From Octopus vulgaris (Eukaryota), in NCBI GenBank assembly GCA_951406725.2, contig OX597815.1, positions 92,318,001 through 92,382,000 on the forward strand: a DNA stretch of 64,000 bases, given 5' to 3'. Positions 1 through 11,744 of this stretch are shown here, piece after piece. Position numbers and translations under genes: made by a program. Each line of letters starts with the position of its first letter. Within the stretch, counting starts at the first letter, position 1. The notes under the pieces were generated by a model, which was not told the origin of the DNA, ran no database searches, and saw only the letters and a program-made list of their open reading frames with translations.

Positions 1-410
1 GAGGGACATAATTATTTGTACTGATCCCAATATCTTCATTCTTTTACATACAGGCATTATCTACAGATAGCACTTCAGACCAGCGTCACTTCCATGAAAA
101 TAATCCATCAGAACATCCTTCAATTGAGATATAAAACCTACTCTCCTTCAATAACAAAGAGAACATACAAAATAAAAGTCCTGCACTTTGTGTAAAATTT
201 TTGTAGTTTGTTATTCAAGCTGTGACTGCAAGAATGAATACAATAATCCTAAAATGATAACTAAGAGAAAATCTGTGTACTTCCAATGTCTTTTTTAGTC
301 TTTATATCAGCTACCGACGAGTACAAATATGACTATAATGATTTTCTATTTATGAATATCTGAGTCTTTTTGTATGAGACAAATTGTATAGCAACATGAA
401 AAATAAAAAC
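1..410 (+). mobile_element. Decayed Penelope-like element 3' end (GIY-YIG tail remnant plus degenerate hammerhead)
   Basis: Broken frames reading ..CTLCK.. and ..MITKRKSVYFQC resemble the Cys-rich C-terminus of Penelope endonucleases. A hammerhead-shaped motif follows at 310-392, then AATAAA. Confidence 0.45.
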
Positions 411-533
411 TACAATCCATTCTAACATCTAATCTCCTCCATTACATAAATATGAATGAATTTTTTGAACTGTGTTTAATAAGTTGAATCATATACTGAT
501 TATTTGTGTGTGTGAGTGTGTGTATATATATAT

Positions 534-1490
534 AATAGGCTGGAAAAAAATCCCGTTGCATTTTTGACCTGATCACTTTGAGGGTACTTTTTTCAATACT
601 TATGGTAAAATAAGCATTAAATTTTATATTCTAATTTTTTTCAAATTTGCATTGATTTTACTCTTTTCAAATGAGTTTAGATCAGATCCATATCAGACGC
701 TGCATGTTGTATGGATTTAAAAGGAGCTCTTCAGTAATGGAGGCAACAAGAAATATTTATTCTGCCTGTAGAAATGAAACTTTAAGTATCTGGCCTAGCC
801 AACGATGGCTTCGTCTATTTTCCTCAGGAAATTTTTCTCTCACAAACTCCCTTTAATATGACTGACCAAGTTCTGTCAATACTGAGCTTCTGAAAACTGT
901 AGTTGAGGAAAATACAAAGCAAACTGCATGAGAATTAGCAAAACAGTTCAATTCAAGTTACACTTCAGTCATAAAACATCTTCATGAACTAGAAGAAGTA
1001 TATAGAATATATTTGCTACTGACCATTCCTGGATAAAAATCATCACAAGTGATGAAAAGTGAGGTTCTCTACAATCAAATCCAACAGAAAAGCCCCCATT
1101 TTCGTGTAATGCTTCTAACTGACTGTTGTATTATTCTTACACAATAAAACCACATATTGACCAAATCATTCAGGAAAACATTATGGTACTAAAAATGGAA
1201 GTTTTGCTTCATCCTTTTTACTCGCCTCACCTTGCTCCATTTATCACCTTTTCAGATCATTGCAGTATTATTTAAAAGGTAAACACTTTATTAATTGTAA
1301 AGAGGTTTGAAATGATAACAAATATTTCTTTGCATCAAAACTTGAAGAATTTTATATGCAACAGTTTGCTAACTGGGATTATATTATCAACAATGAGGGG
1401 AAATATTAATCTTGATTAAATATATCAATTAAGTCCAAAGAATATTTGTTTCTTTCCTATCTTGATAAGTGACAGGACTTTCTTTCCATC
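534..1490 (+). mobile_element. Degenerate mariner (Tc1/mariner) transposon
   Basis: ORF 671-856 (HIRRCMLYGFKR..EATRNI..WLRLFSSGNFSL) matches the mariner N-terminal HTH. Remnants ITSDEK (~1040) and HPFYSPHLAP/YHLFRSLQ (~1210-1265) follow, with many stops and frameshifts. Confidence 0.8.
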
Positions 1491-3298
1491 ATCTTGATCA
1501 TTTAACATCAGTTTTCCATGCTGGCATGGGTTGGAAGGTTTGACACCCTTCTCAATACCAACCACTTTATAGAGTGTACTAGGTGCTATTTATGTGGCCC
1601 TTGTCGAAAAGACTCATATTCAAAGAAAATCTATCTTGCCTATTTGGGAGCATCTACGAGTTTATTATCAAAAGTGTCTTTCGCCCTTTTTTAAATGAAG
1701 GAAGAAGATTTGAGCGATATTTAGCTATTATTTCTAGCAGATAATCGACCCACATAGAAGCTTCCTCGTTAGCTCAAGTTGAGTGTTTTACTAAAAGATG
1801 AGAATTACTTAGAAGAGGGAACACGTCACAGTAATCCTGTGTTTGTTGTCTGTTAAAGGAATATCAAGGGACAAGAATTGGTTAGTCATGCTCTCATCGA
1901 GAATGTCAGCAATAAGCTGAGAGTCATCATCAGTGCTTGTGTATATATGAATATCAATACAATGTGAAAATATGAATATATGGATTTATACCTACAAATG
2001 GTTTTGCTATCAAACTACTCCTAAGGGGGCATTTTCATCATTTGGGATGAAGTTCGAACCAACTTTGATCACCTTAACTTTTTACACCATTGATAGTAGC
2101 AGGTGAAGGATACTTATTAAAACGTAAATAATAAGTACTAAGTTTTACATTCATCTACACAACGATTGAAGTTGACGGCCGGATATACGCTTGGATGCAC
2201 AAACGGAAGAAAGGGTACTAAAAGCATACAGTAGAGTTTATTTATTCACTCGAAGCTAATTATTCAATCTTTCACTACTCGGAATGCTTTCCTGCTTCCG
2301 ATCCTTGAAGCAACCATACACAAAATGCGTGTGTGCATGCCAATGTCTGTGATATATTAAAAAATGGATTACATGCGAGGTAACAAAGGAGATTCTACAC
2401 GGTTACTCGACTTCCGAAAATAACTGTCAAATCACATTACATAGTAGACCTGTATGTACAAGAGAGGATGCTCATGGCTGGAAGGTCTTTCAACATAGTT
2501 CAGTTTGATTAGGGTCGACCTGAAGCTAAATAATGATTACACTAATACCTAAGGTTTCGTTCATCGGCTTTATCAATTGCACTCATCAATTGAATTGAGA
2601 TGAAACGAGGGATGTTAATACAGTGATGTATTAAGGCACTTGAAGCATGCTGTTGTATCACAAAATGAATTCTATATGCGTATATGTATTTTTCTGGGAG
2701 TGTATATAACCGAATGGTTAAGAATTTCACTTTGCAATCACAGGGTCCGGAGCTTGATTTCACTGGACTACACTTTCTGTCAGCGAAATTATGCAATTGG
2801 ATGAAAAATGTGTAGAAGCTCTTTCAATGAATTGCACTGTAGCTAACTTTGTGTCACATTCTGCATGAGTTTTGCATTACTGGTACAACTTTCATTAATG
2901 ATACTAGCTTGTTATACTATAATTCAATAAGTAGTTTCGTTGATTGAACAACTGCAATACAAATCGCCGAAACTGACGCTAGATCGATCATTTTATATAT
3001 GGGAAAACTATCGGTATGCAAACTTTATAGGTATAGTTGATACACGGAAGGAGAGAGATAATGTGTGTGGGTACAAGTGTATAAATAGAAAGTTATTAGC
3101 ATGTAAATATGTAAGCTGTATAAGTCAATAAACTGAGAGGGAGTATGTATGTATATATATATCTGTAAATAAGCCATCAGAACTACACATGACAACTAAT
3201 GCAGTTTGCAATACTTGACAACAACCACCTTACAAAATATATCCTAAAATCTTTGCTAAGATATTACATCAATACATAAAAAAAACTGTAATACTTAC

Positions 3299-3369
3299 GC
3301 GTTAATACTATCACCTAAAGCTTCTGTTAAATCTTTCTTAATTGCATTGAGATTAATAGGAACTGCCAT
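3299..3369 (-). CDS. TADA1: Transcriptional adaptor 1 (SAGA subunit)-like, first coding exon; rest of gene not found in the window
   Basis: ATG at 3369 gives MAVPINLNAIKKDLTEALGDSIN(A), then a strong donor GC|GTAAGT in phase 2. Resembles the vertebrate TADA1 N-terminus (..AKKNLSEALGDNVKQ) as recalled. Confidence 0.75.
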
Positions 3370-3897
3370 TCTGCTGTCTTCTTTACTCTGGTTGTCTACA
3401 CTTCCGGTTTAGTGACGTCATAGTAGTCGACATTATATTATATTAAAACGAGGCTCTGTATACAGAAGACGTGGCATGCTATTCTAGGATTACATCTTAC
3501 TCCCACTGACACATCACTATATTTTAGTAAAACAACAATAAGAAAAATGAATTACAATTTAGAAATGACACCAAAATATTTAAATTTTAATATGTAGTTA
3601 AGAAGATAAAATGTATGTGGTTAGGAAGATGAAAAGATATACAGTTCATTAAACTGAGCTACTTGTTAAAGTTGCCGGGTTGTTGAAGGGGAAATAAATA
3701 GGTATAATTTCCTGTTGTCATCCATGCTGGAAGACGTGGCTTTATGAAACCTCTCCAGCTACTCTCAATTACTGCTGACTACACCCTCCTCTCCACTTCA
3801 TCTTTCTTTCTCATACTACTGTCACAACTGTAGAGAGGTCTGTCATATAACTCAACCTCTATCTGGCTGTCAGGACCGCTACAGTTTTATCCTCAAC
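3370..3897. promoter_or_regulatory. Bidirectional promoter / 5' UTR region between TADA1 and SURF4
   Basis: Divergent ATGs at 3369 and 3898. ETS-type ACTTCCGG at 3400-3407, palindromic CRE TGACGTCA at 3413-3420, and GAAGACGTGGC twice (3465-3475, 3730-3740). Confidence 0.7.
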
Positions 3898-3948
3898 ATG
3901 CCGCGACAGCAGGAATTAATGGATAAAGCTGAGGATGTGGTGGACCTG
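3898..3948 (+). CDS. SURF4: Surfeit locus protein 4 (ER cargo receptor), coding exon 1
   Basis: caacATG context, MPRQQELMDKAEDVVDL, donor CTG|GTGAGT in phase 0. Joins exon 2 in frame and resembles the SURF4 N-terminal (AED.AD) motif. Confidence 0.85.
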
Positions 3949-6900
3949 GTGAGTGTGGCATCTTTCAATGACACTTTCTTGTTATTTATCAACTTTTACC
4001 TCCTCAACTATCAACTTTAACACACTTTAGCTTCTTTTTCCTGTCATCTACAACACGACTTACTGCATCATATATTCTCAATCATTATATAAGTATTTAC
4101 ACATTAATCTTCTTCCTCATTGATTTAGCATTTTCCAATTTTGAACATTTTGAACATATTTACATTGTGATGTGTCACTTTAGTTCTCCTTGTTAATGAG
4201 TTAATACAACAGTTGTTACCGTCATAGTTTTTGACCAACTATTTGAAGCTGTTCCAATCCCGTCATTTAGAGCTGTCCTTTTGAATCTGATATCTTTACG
4301 CGCTGCAAGCTACATAAGTAGTTTGTGTTTTAATATAACACACATTCTGGCCAAAACATTACTGTTTGTTTTGTATTATTGTTTAATCCCAAATCAGTCC
4401 AAGTGAGCAAACATATAATGAAAAGCAAGCGAGTTATGAGTATCCCGTCCTTCCATACGTCACATTATCCAGTTGGTCCCTTTCTCATGGTGATAAGGAT
4501 TCAATTGGAGGGAGATATGGCTGCCATTTCTAGCAGGTTTTGTGACCACTTAGGAGCTTCCTCGTTGACTTGTATACGTCTGATAGTGATGATGATAATT
4601 CTTCTTATCAATATTCACCGCCCATCACTTTTACATTGCCAACGAATCACCCCCGCTTCGTGAAGGATATTTAGGCTCCGTTTAGAAGTATATACACTTC
4701 TGAGGAGTGTTCCATATGTCCCTATTCATATTTTGGGGATGAAATTGTAAGTGATGTGTAGTAACTTTGAAAACGTTTCTCTAGAATTCTTTAGATGAAT
4801 ACTTCTGTGTAATTAGCGACCTGTAATCTTGATATTAAATTTACATCAATTTACTACGAATATGTGAGTTCCATTTCCTAGTTAACGGAATTGGACATAT
4901 GCGTGTCCACCAACTCTATATGTTGGATATTTAAAAGAAAACTCTCCTAATTCGCCTTGGTTTTCTTGTCATTTAGTAATTAGTATATTCTAATTTTGTT
5001 TTCTCTATATATTCTTAAGTTTACATTCTCGATCTACCTGTTTTTATTAATAGCCCTTTTGAGTGGAGAAAATAAGTACAAGTTATATACCGATCGCTTA
5101 AAGTACATCTCTCCTTCAAAATGTGTAGAGTTGCGTTAGAAATCATCAGCCCATCAGCTAAATTGGGCTACCCATCTCTTTTTCGAATTTTATTATCTTA
5201 GAATGTTGAATGTCCACGTTGCAACAGGGAATCCTTTACCAGGAGATATCTCTTTGCCATCCGTTGTGTTTTGTTAAGAACGTCACTTGAGCAGACTTTT
5301 TGTTAAAACTTGTAGCCAAGTTTTAGTTTTTGTAAATTCAATGAATCAAACTTTAAAATCAGTTGTATTCGTCCTGTTTTCTTTTAGTGTCTCCCTCCAT
5401 GTAGTTACTTAGAAAATTCATTTCTTACAGTTAACACCCAATCACTAAAATTCCAAGCTAACCGGTCTCTCTTATACAAATCTAGGACCATATCCAGTCC
5501 TATTGTTTGAATATGTAAGAATCCCTGTTTTATCATTTACAATAGCCTACAATGTCAGAAATTTTCTGAGATATATCTCTAAGGATACCGTGAATTTATA
5601 CGATACTATTATCATTGCACAAGTAGCTACATTGCCATTTGACACATTTATTTCGACTCTAGGAACCTATTTTCGTAATAAATATTTTCTTGTGTTCTAT
5701 TCCCCCTCTGCAGTTCTTTTCAGATATATCAAGATTTCTCTACCTGCTCCCCTTCTTAATTCTTTTGGATGGAGTTACTAATGCACTTTACTCCTCATTT
5801 GAGCGTTAACTTTTCACATGCTGGAAAGAACAGTTCATGGTTTTTTTTTCCCCCCCGATTTATCGTGTATGTTTAAGAGGAACACTTGAAATTTAGTCAA
5901 GTAACACGAGAACATCAGTTCCGCAGTATCGAAACAGCGAAAGAGTATTTTTCATTGCTCCAATAAAACTGTTTGTAGGTCTAGCGTAGAAAGAATTCAA
6001 CAGATATTTGTTATTGAGCTCAACTGCATCCGCTCCCTGACAATGTTAGCAAGTAAATATTTTCTCTCCAGCTGGAGACGATATTTCCTGGGGCTAAATA
6101 AGTTACATTCTTCCTAATCAGGACTGCTACATTATGTTGGTAAAAAATCTCTACTATATATATATAAGTACAAATAAAGGTTACAAACCTCATTCAGGGA
6201 TAGCAAAATCCTATTAAAATACTGATTAGTTGCCTATACAAAGAATGTTGAATATTACAGTTAATACTCAACTGCAAGGTAACTATATAAACCGTGATTT
6301 ATATATATTTATTATAATAAGATAAGAAAATAGAGATGTAATTAATAAATTATTATTTATTAATTAAAAATTGACAAGCATCCTTCACAGATGTTTCAAA
6401 TATGTGTGTGTGTAAACGAATCTTATAAAATATTTGACTACATTCAGAGATTTGACATAAAAACTAATAAAACTTGGAGGTTTCCGTGGGTGTTGAAGGT
6501 TCTGTCTCTAATACTTGATTTGTCTGTTAGACATTGGGCAATCTGGTGGGAAATTTTATGTATTGTTTCTTGTTTTAATTCTTTTAACTCTACTCGCGCG
6601 CCTTTGTTCTACATTAAATGTAACACTTCAGAAACATATTTTGGAGATTATTTGAAAAATAGATTGAACTTAACTCCTCTCTATTTAAAATACCATCATA
6701 TTAAAAGTGTATCGACCCCATCCCCGCAGTCTTTTGTATAAAAAGATTAATAATTAGGCACAAAGTTTTGAGTAAGTACATCTACTTTAATTACCGGTTA
6801 TCTTTTTAGCTGACAAATTAAACATCTTTGTAATTTGCTATATTGATTCAGTACAGCAGAAAAGGTTTAATAAAAAATGAACCTATATAAAAGGTTAGCA

Positions 6901-7724
6901 ATATGGGGCATATGTATGTACCAAATGTGTTTAGCAAGAAATGGAATGCCGAAGGAATTGATGTAATCTTAACTGCTTTGAACTAAGAATAAGAAGCATC
7001 ATAGATACAGATTTTGCTTGCAAGAGATGAAAAATGGATGAGTGACTTCAGCATGAGGTGGGAACTAGTAGACAGTAATGCAGATGTAGCAAAATAAGTA
7101 TGAATGGCAGCAGGTGTATATATAGGCTCAGGAGTCTTGAAATAAGTAGGACTAATCTAAATTTGTATTTACTAAATAAATCAACAGGTAGTAGCTAGAG
7201 TGAGGCTAATGCAATATCCATCACTGCAGCAAGAATACATATTTTGGTAATGCTTTTAGATATGTGGGCTACTGTCAGTTGATTTAGTCAATAAGAAAAA
7301 TCTATTTTACAATTGGAATTTTATTATAACTTGACTCTCTAGTTGTCCATGCATGAAACAACTGTTACATGGGGAAATTGGCTGTTTGTGTTGGTTAGGA
7401 CTGATCATTATGAGCTTTTGATATGGTCTTGTCAGAATCTGATACTTTGGCAACTACAAAGTCAAGAATTTGGAATAGTTGATCAAAGATTATGGAACTA
7501 AAGCTATATTTAAAATAGGATTGTTTTGTGGCTAATAGTATGGTGTTGTATTGTACAGAAATGTCATTACATGTAGTAGATTAGCTTAGGGTAATCAATT
7601 ATTTGAGGTGTTAAAGGTCATAGAATGGAATTAATTATTCATAAATGGAGAAGTATGTACACACATGCAAAATTTTTTTCCCCCTACTGGAGAAAAATTG
7701 TGCCCCCCCCCCCCCCCGAAACGT

Positions 7725-7915
7725 GTTGAACTACTAGCAGAATTATTAGCATGTTGAACAAAATGCTTAGTGAAATTTCTTGTGGCTCTTGAAATTCTGA
7801 ACTCAAATTTCACCAAAATTAACTTTGCCTTTCATCCTGGGGTTTATAAAATATGTACCAGTTCAGCACTATGGTCAATATGATTAACCCCCTTCTTGTG
7901 CCAAAATTTAAAATT
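7725..7915 (+). mobile_element. tRNA-derived SINE with conserved central domain (ctttgcctttcatcc..gggg..ataaa..gtaccagt)
   Basis: The same core recurs at ~54690-54840, ~62980-63120 and (reverse strand) ~33560-33650. It resembles the central domain of widespread metazoan SINEs; superfamily assignment is uncertain. Confidence 0.55.
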
Positions 7916-10900
7916 ATTATTATATTTATAAACTTTTTATAGTTTAGTTATAAGATGAAAGACAGCACACAAGCATTTTTAGAGTCTGGTGGTGGGAAGG
8001 GCAGAAGTTTTCCTTAGACCAGAGATCTGGCTCAAATGATTGTGACCATGTATTCTACTAAAAGCACCCCAACACCAGATGATGATGCTAAACCTGGTCA
8101 CTGATTGTATATATCCTCTCTCTCTTTCCATCATCATTTAACATGTTTTCCATGTTGGTGTGGTTTCCATAGCTGGATGCCCTTCTTAACACCAACCACT
8201 TTACAGATTGTACTAAGTGCTTTTATGCAGCACTGGCTTAGGTGCTTTTTGTGTGGCATCTATGAGCCCATAACACTAATTCAAAACAGCTCAAACCATG
8301 CATTATGGCTGGCCATGATACCATCTGTATTAGAGAGTTCATGGGTGTTCCTCCTAAGTAGGGTTAGAAGTCCAGCATAAGGGGTGCGGAGAGACATAAA
8401 TGAAGAACAGAAACAAGGTTATGAGTTGGAAAAATGACAACAAATATAGGCTTGAGAGTTAATGTACATGTATCAAACCATCCATATATATAAATACAGG
8501 AGGAGCTACTTACTTTGAGATGTAACTTCAATCATACACAAACAATATCATATGTGCACCTAAGTACAAAACAAGTGACATGGAAGGTAAATAGGTATGT
8601 CATGGGACAAGAAAAAGATAAGAAAAGATGGTCGTAAGTCAAATAGTGAAGAAAAAAAGTTATGCAGCCAGGTTAGTTATGTAAGACACTAGTTTGGTTT
8701 AAAAGTTTATCTTTAGCCTAAGTTTCAATGAATCTTATTAAATGTCATTTGTACTGCAACCAATTCAGTTGGAGTTGGTCATGATGTCAATTGATTTATA
8801 TAATAAATATCTTATATAAGTATATTGTTTACCTAATGTTGAAATGTATTTATTAGCTTGGATCATGTCGAATATTCCAATTATCTCATTGTTTTAAGAT
8901 ATACATTTCGATGTTTGCATGGGTCAAATGAAATTTGTTGGGGCAGAATTTACTGCCTAACATGTTCCCATTGGCTGATCTTTACCTATTTCCAAGTAAA
9001 GTAATACTTCTATTTGTCCTTTAAACACAACAGTACAATGGCCTGACATATCGTCACAGAAGATTGCAGATGAATGGCACCATTTGTTTGACAGTGATGT
9101 TTACAATTAGCACAGTCAGGACAAAATGACACAAACACATATGCACGTGCACACACATACACACGAAAAAAAAGACACGATAAGCATCCAAGCAGCCTAT
9201 TACCACATGGTTTCAAAGCAGGCTTCTTATCTGCACAGCAATTTGCTCTGAGAAGACTACTATTCATTTTATCAATATGTGCCACAAGCCTATGAGGAAA
9301 CATCTATATTGTTGTTGTTGCTAAAAATGGCAGTCAAATCTCCCTTAAATTACACCATACTTATTCCAAATTGAAAGGGATACATTAAATAATGTAATCT
9401 TTGATATTGTATCTAGAGGAGGATGATGTTGTCATGATTGGAGCACTTGATCAAAGGTCAGTTCAGTTGGACGTGGCCTAAAAGCAAAACAGCCATCCTC
9501 TACCATTTGACTGGTATATTAACTTGAGGTTATTTATACTATGTATACTTTGCTATACTCACAAAAGACTGATAAAAACCAATAACTTGTCATTTGATTA
9601 TCAAAGTGTTTCTTTGTAGAATTCTTTTTTTTTTGTAAAATCTTTTAACCTTCATCACAATATTTCAAACTAAAGTGACTAATGTCACAGATGTTGGATA
9701 TCCCAAGCCTTCTGTTTTTCATGCATTTTTGTTTCTTTGTATATTTTCACTTTTTTTGTGTTGAACTATTGTATATCAGCCATTACATTAAAGTACTGTC
9801 AGCTGTTCTCCTTCTTCTATTTCAACTCTTTTTATAAGAAATCATGCATTTTTATTATCCTTCATTTGTTACACATTTTTATGGCTTTAGTCAGGAAGAA
9901 GGGGGTGATGCCTATAACCTTTGATTACCCTGTAAGACTGATTAAATTGTTGCAGATGATGTTCACTTTGAACGGCTTCAAGTAATGTCTGCAGGAAAAA
10001 CATACAAATTTCAGAGGATTGACCTTCTTGAGAGGAAGGATCGAACATTATCACTATTGCAGGGCTTTGGAGAGAAAATGCTGTTTCAAGAGGAGTATTA
10101 GGTGATGGTATGCTGCTAGCTAGTTGTAAGGAGCAGCTACTTGTGTAGAATGCAAGGCAAAGGGAGTAGACATGTAGACTAGAGGAAGTGTGTTGGTGAG
10201 TGAGAGCTTTCTAGCTAACTTGTTTTGAATCTCTCTAGGATATTAATATCAGCAGTTTTTGCTTTTATGAATATCAGTCATTGTGAGGCCTGGCATTTGT
10301 AGTGACTTTGAGGGGGTTTTGTGTTGTCAGAACTTCAGAAGCTAAAGAAGATTGTCTCCCTAACATGTGCAGTATCTGTATGCTTTTGAAGTGAAGATTT
10401 TGTCCCTATTTAAGAATGTTTCCAAGGTCTTTGTCATAATGGTAATGCAGATTTGACATGTGTCTAGGTGGTATGTGCATGACAATCCTGCTGAAGGTTA
10501 AGGAAGTGTCCTTAGTGGTAACAGCTGCATAAGTGTGAACATGGTTACAGGTGACAGTGAGCATATTAATGTAACATGAGTATGAGTGTGGGTAATCGAA
10601 CCACTTTTGCATGTGTTGTGACAAATAGCTTCCAACTGAAGACAAGTCAGATAAAGCTCAAATGTGAACAGTTGAAGGTTCTTAGAACAAATTTGGTAGA
10701 AATAGTAAAAGACAAAAGACTTCACAAAATAAGTTCTAACAACAATAGACACTGCTAACTCTTCTCGTAGTACCACTATGTATTAAAACTATTTAAAATC
10801 AGTTCTAAATGAGGTAGCACATAGTTTAGATCCTAAGCAAATGGTTTCCTATTATATGGAAACATTTTCTGTACCTTTTAGATTGTCACAGGATAGCAAT

Positions 10901-11549
10901 GCTTGCTAATTCAACAAGTTTGATTATTTACATATTACTTATTGGGTCATACATCTTTTACTGTTGGATACTCTTCCCTATTTTAATTACTATAAACATC
11001 TATTATTACAACTCTGTGAAGTTACTCACTTTGATATTCAGCTTCTAGTTTATGATAGTTTCTACAGACTTATCGATAGTGAGTTGATGTTTTCCAAGAA
11101 GATTTTCTATATACTAAATATACTAAGAAATGTCCTGCTCTTGGTTAAGGTGATCATGTTGGCCTGAGGCTTTTAACTTAGCCTTATTTGTCTTTTTACA
11201 GCTACTGATTTCAGGAGCAGTTTTTTCTATGCTAAAAATGTGTGTAATGAGATGCTCCAGTTTATATGTATCAGTGAGTTCTTTCCATGTTTTTTCAAGT
11301 TTACTGTAGGTTCTTTGAGAGGTTCATGTTCTTGAGATGGGCTGTTTCCTTGATATTTTCATATTTGTCAGTGACTATACAAGATGCTCTTCTTGATCTT
11401 TGGTGTGAGAGGAATGCGTCATGTTGATGTAGTATGGTGTAGCATAACAAAATTATCATAGGTAGTAATTTTAGCAGAGTTGATTCCATTTCCTGTTTCA
11501 AGTGTCTCAGATCTGCGACTGACTTTAATGATGTATTGATCGTGTATAT

Positions 11550-11642
11550 CAGTGGTTCCCAACCTGATGTCTGCGGACTCCTGGTAGTCTGCAAAGGTAA
11601 TACTGGGGGGTCTGTGAAGTAAATTCAAAATTTCATATGTAT

Positions 11643-11680
<38 letters not shown>

Positions 11681-11744
11681 GGATAAGCATATTAAAAGGG
11701 GTCTGTGGGAAAACTCATTTAAATAAAAGGGTTGAGAACCACTG
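11550..11744. mobile_element. hAT-type MITE (195 bp) with internal (CA)n
   Basis: TIRs CAGTGGTTCCCAACC / GGTTGAGAACCACTG and an exact 8-bp TSD GTGTATAT at 11542-11549 and 11745-11752. A related single end starts at 52164. Confidence 0.9.

Noticed and set aside
1-40. Minus-strand AG|A TAT TGG GAT CAG TAC AAA as a possible TADA1 exon 2 (expected to begin YW)
   Set aside because: In-frame TAA after six codons, no polypyrimidine tract, and it lies in Penelope-like debris. The real exon 2 is probably outside the window.
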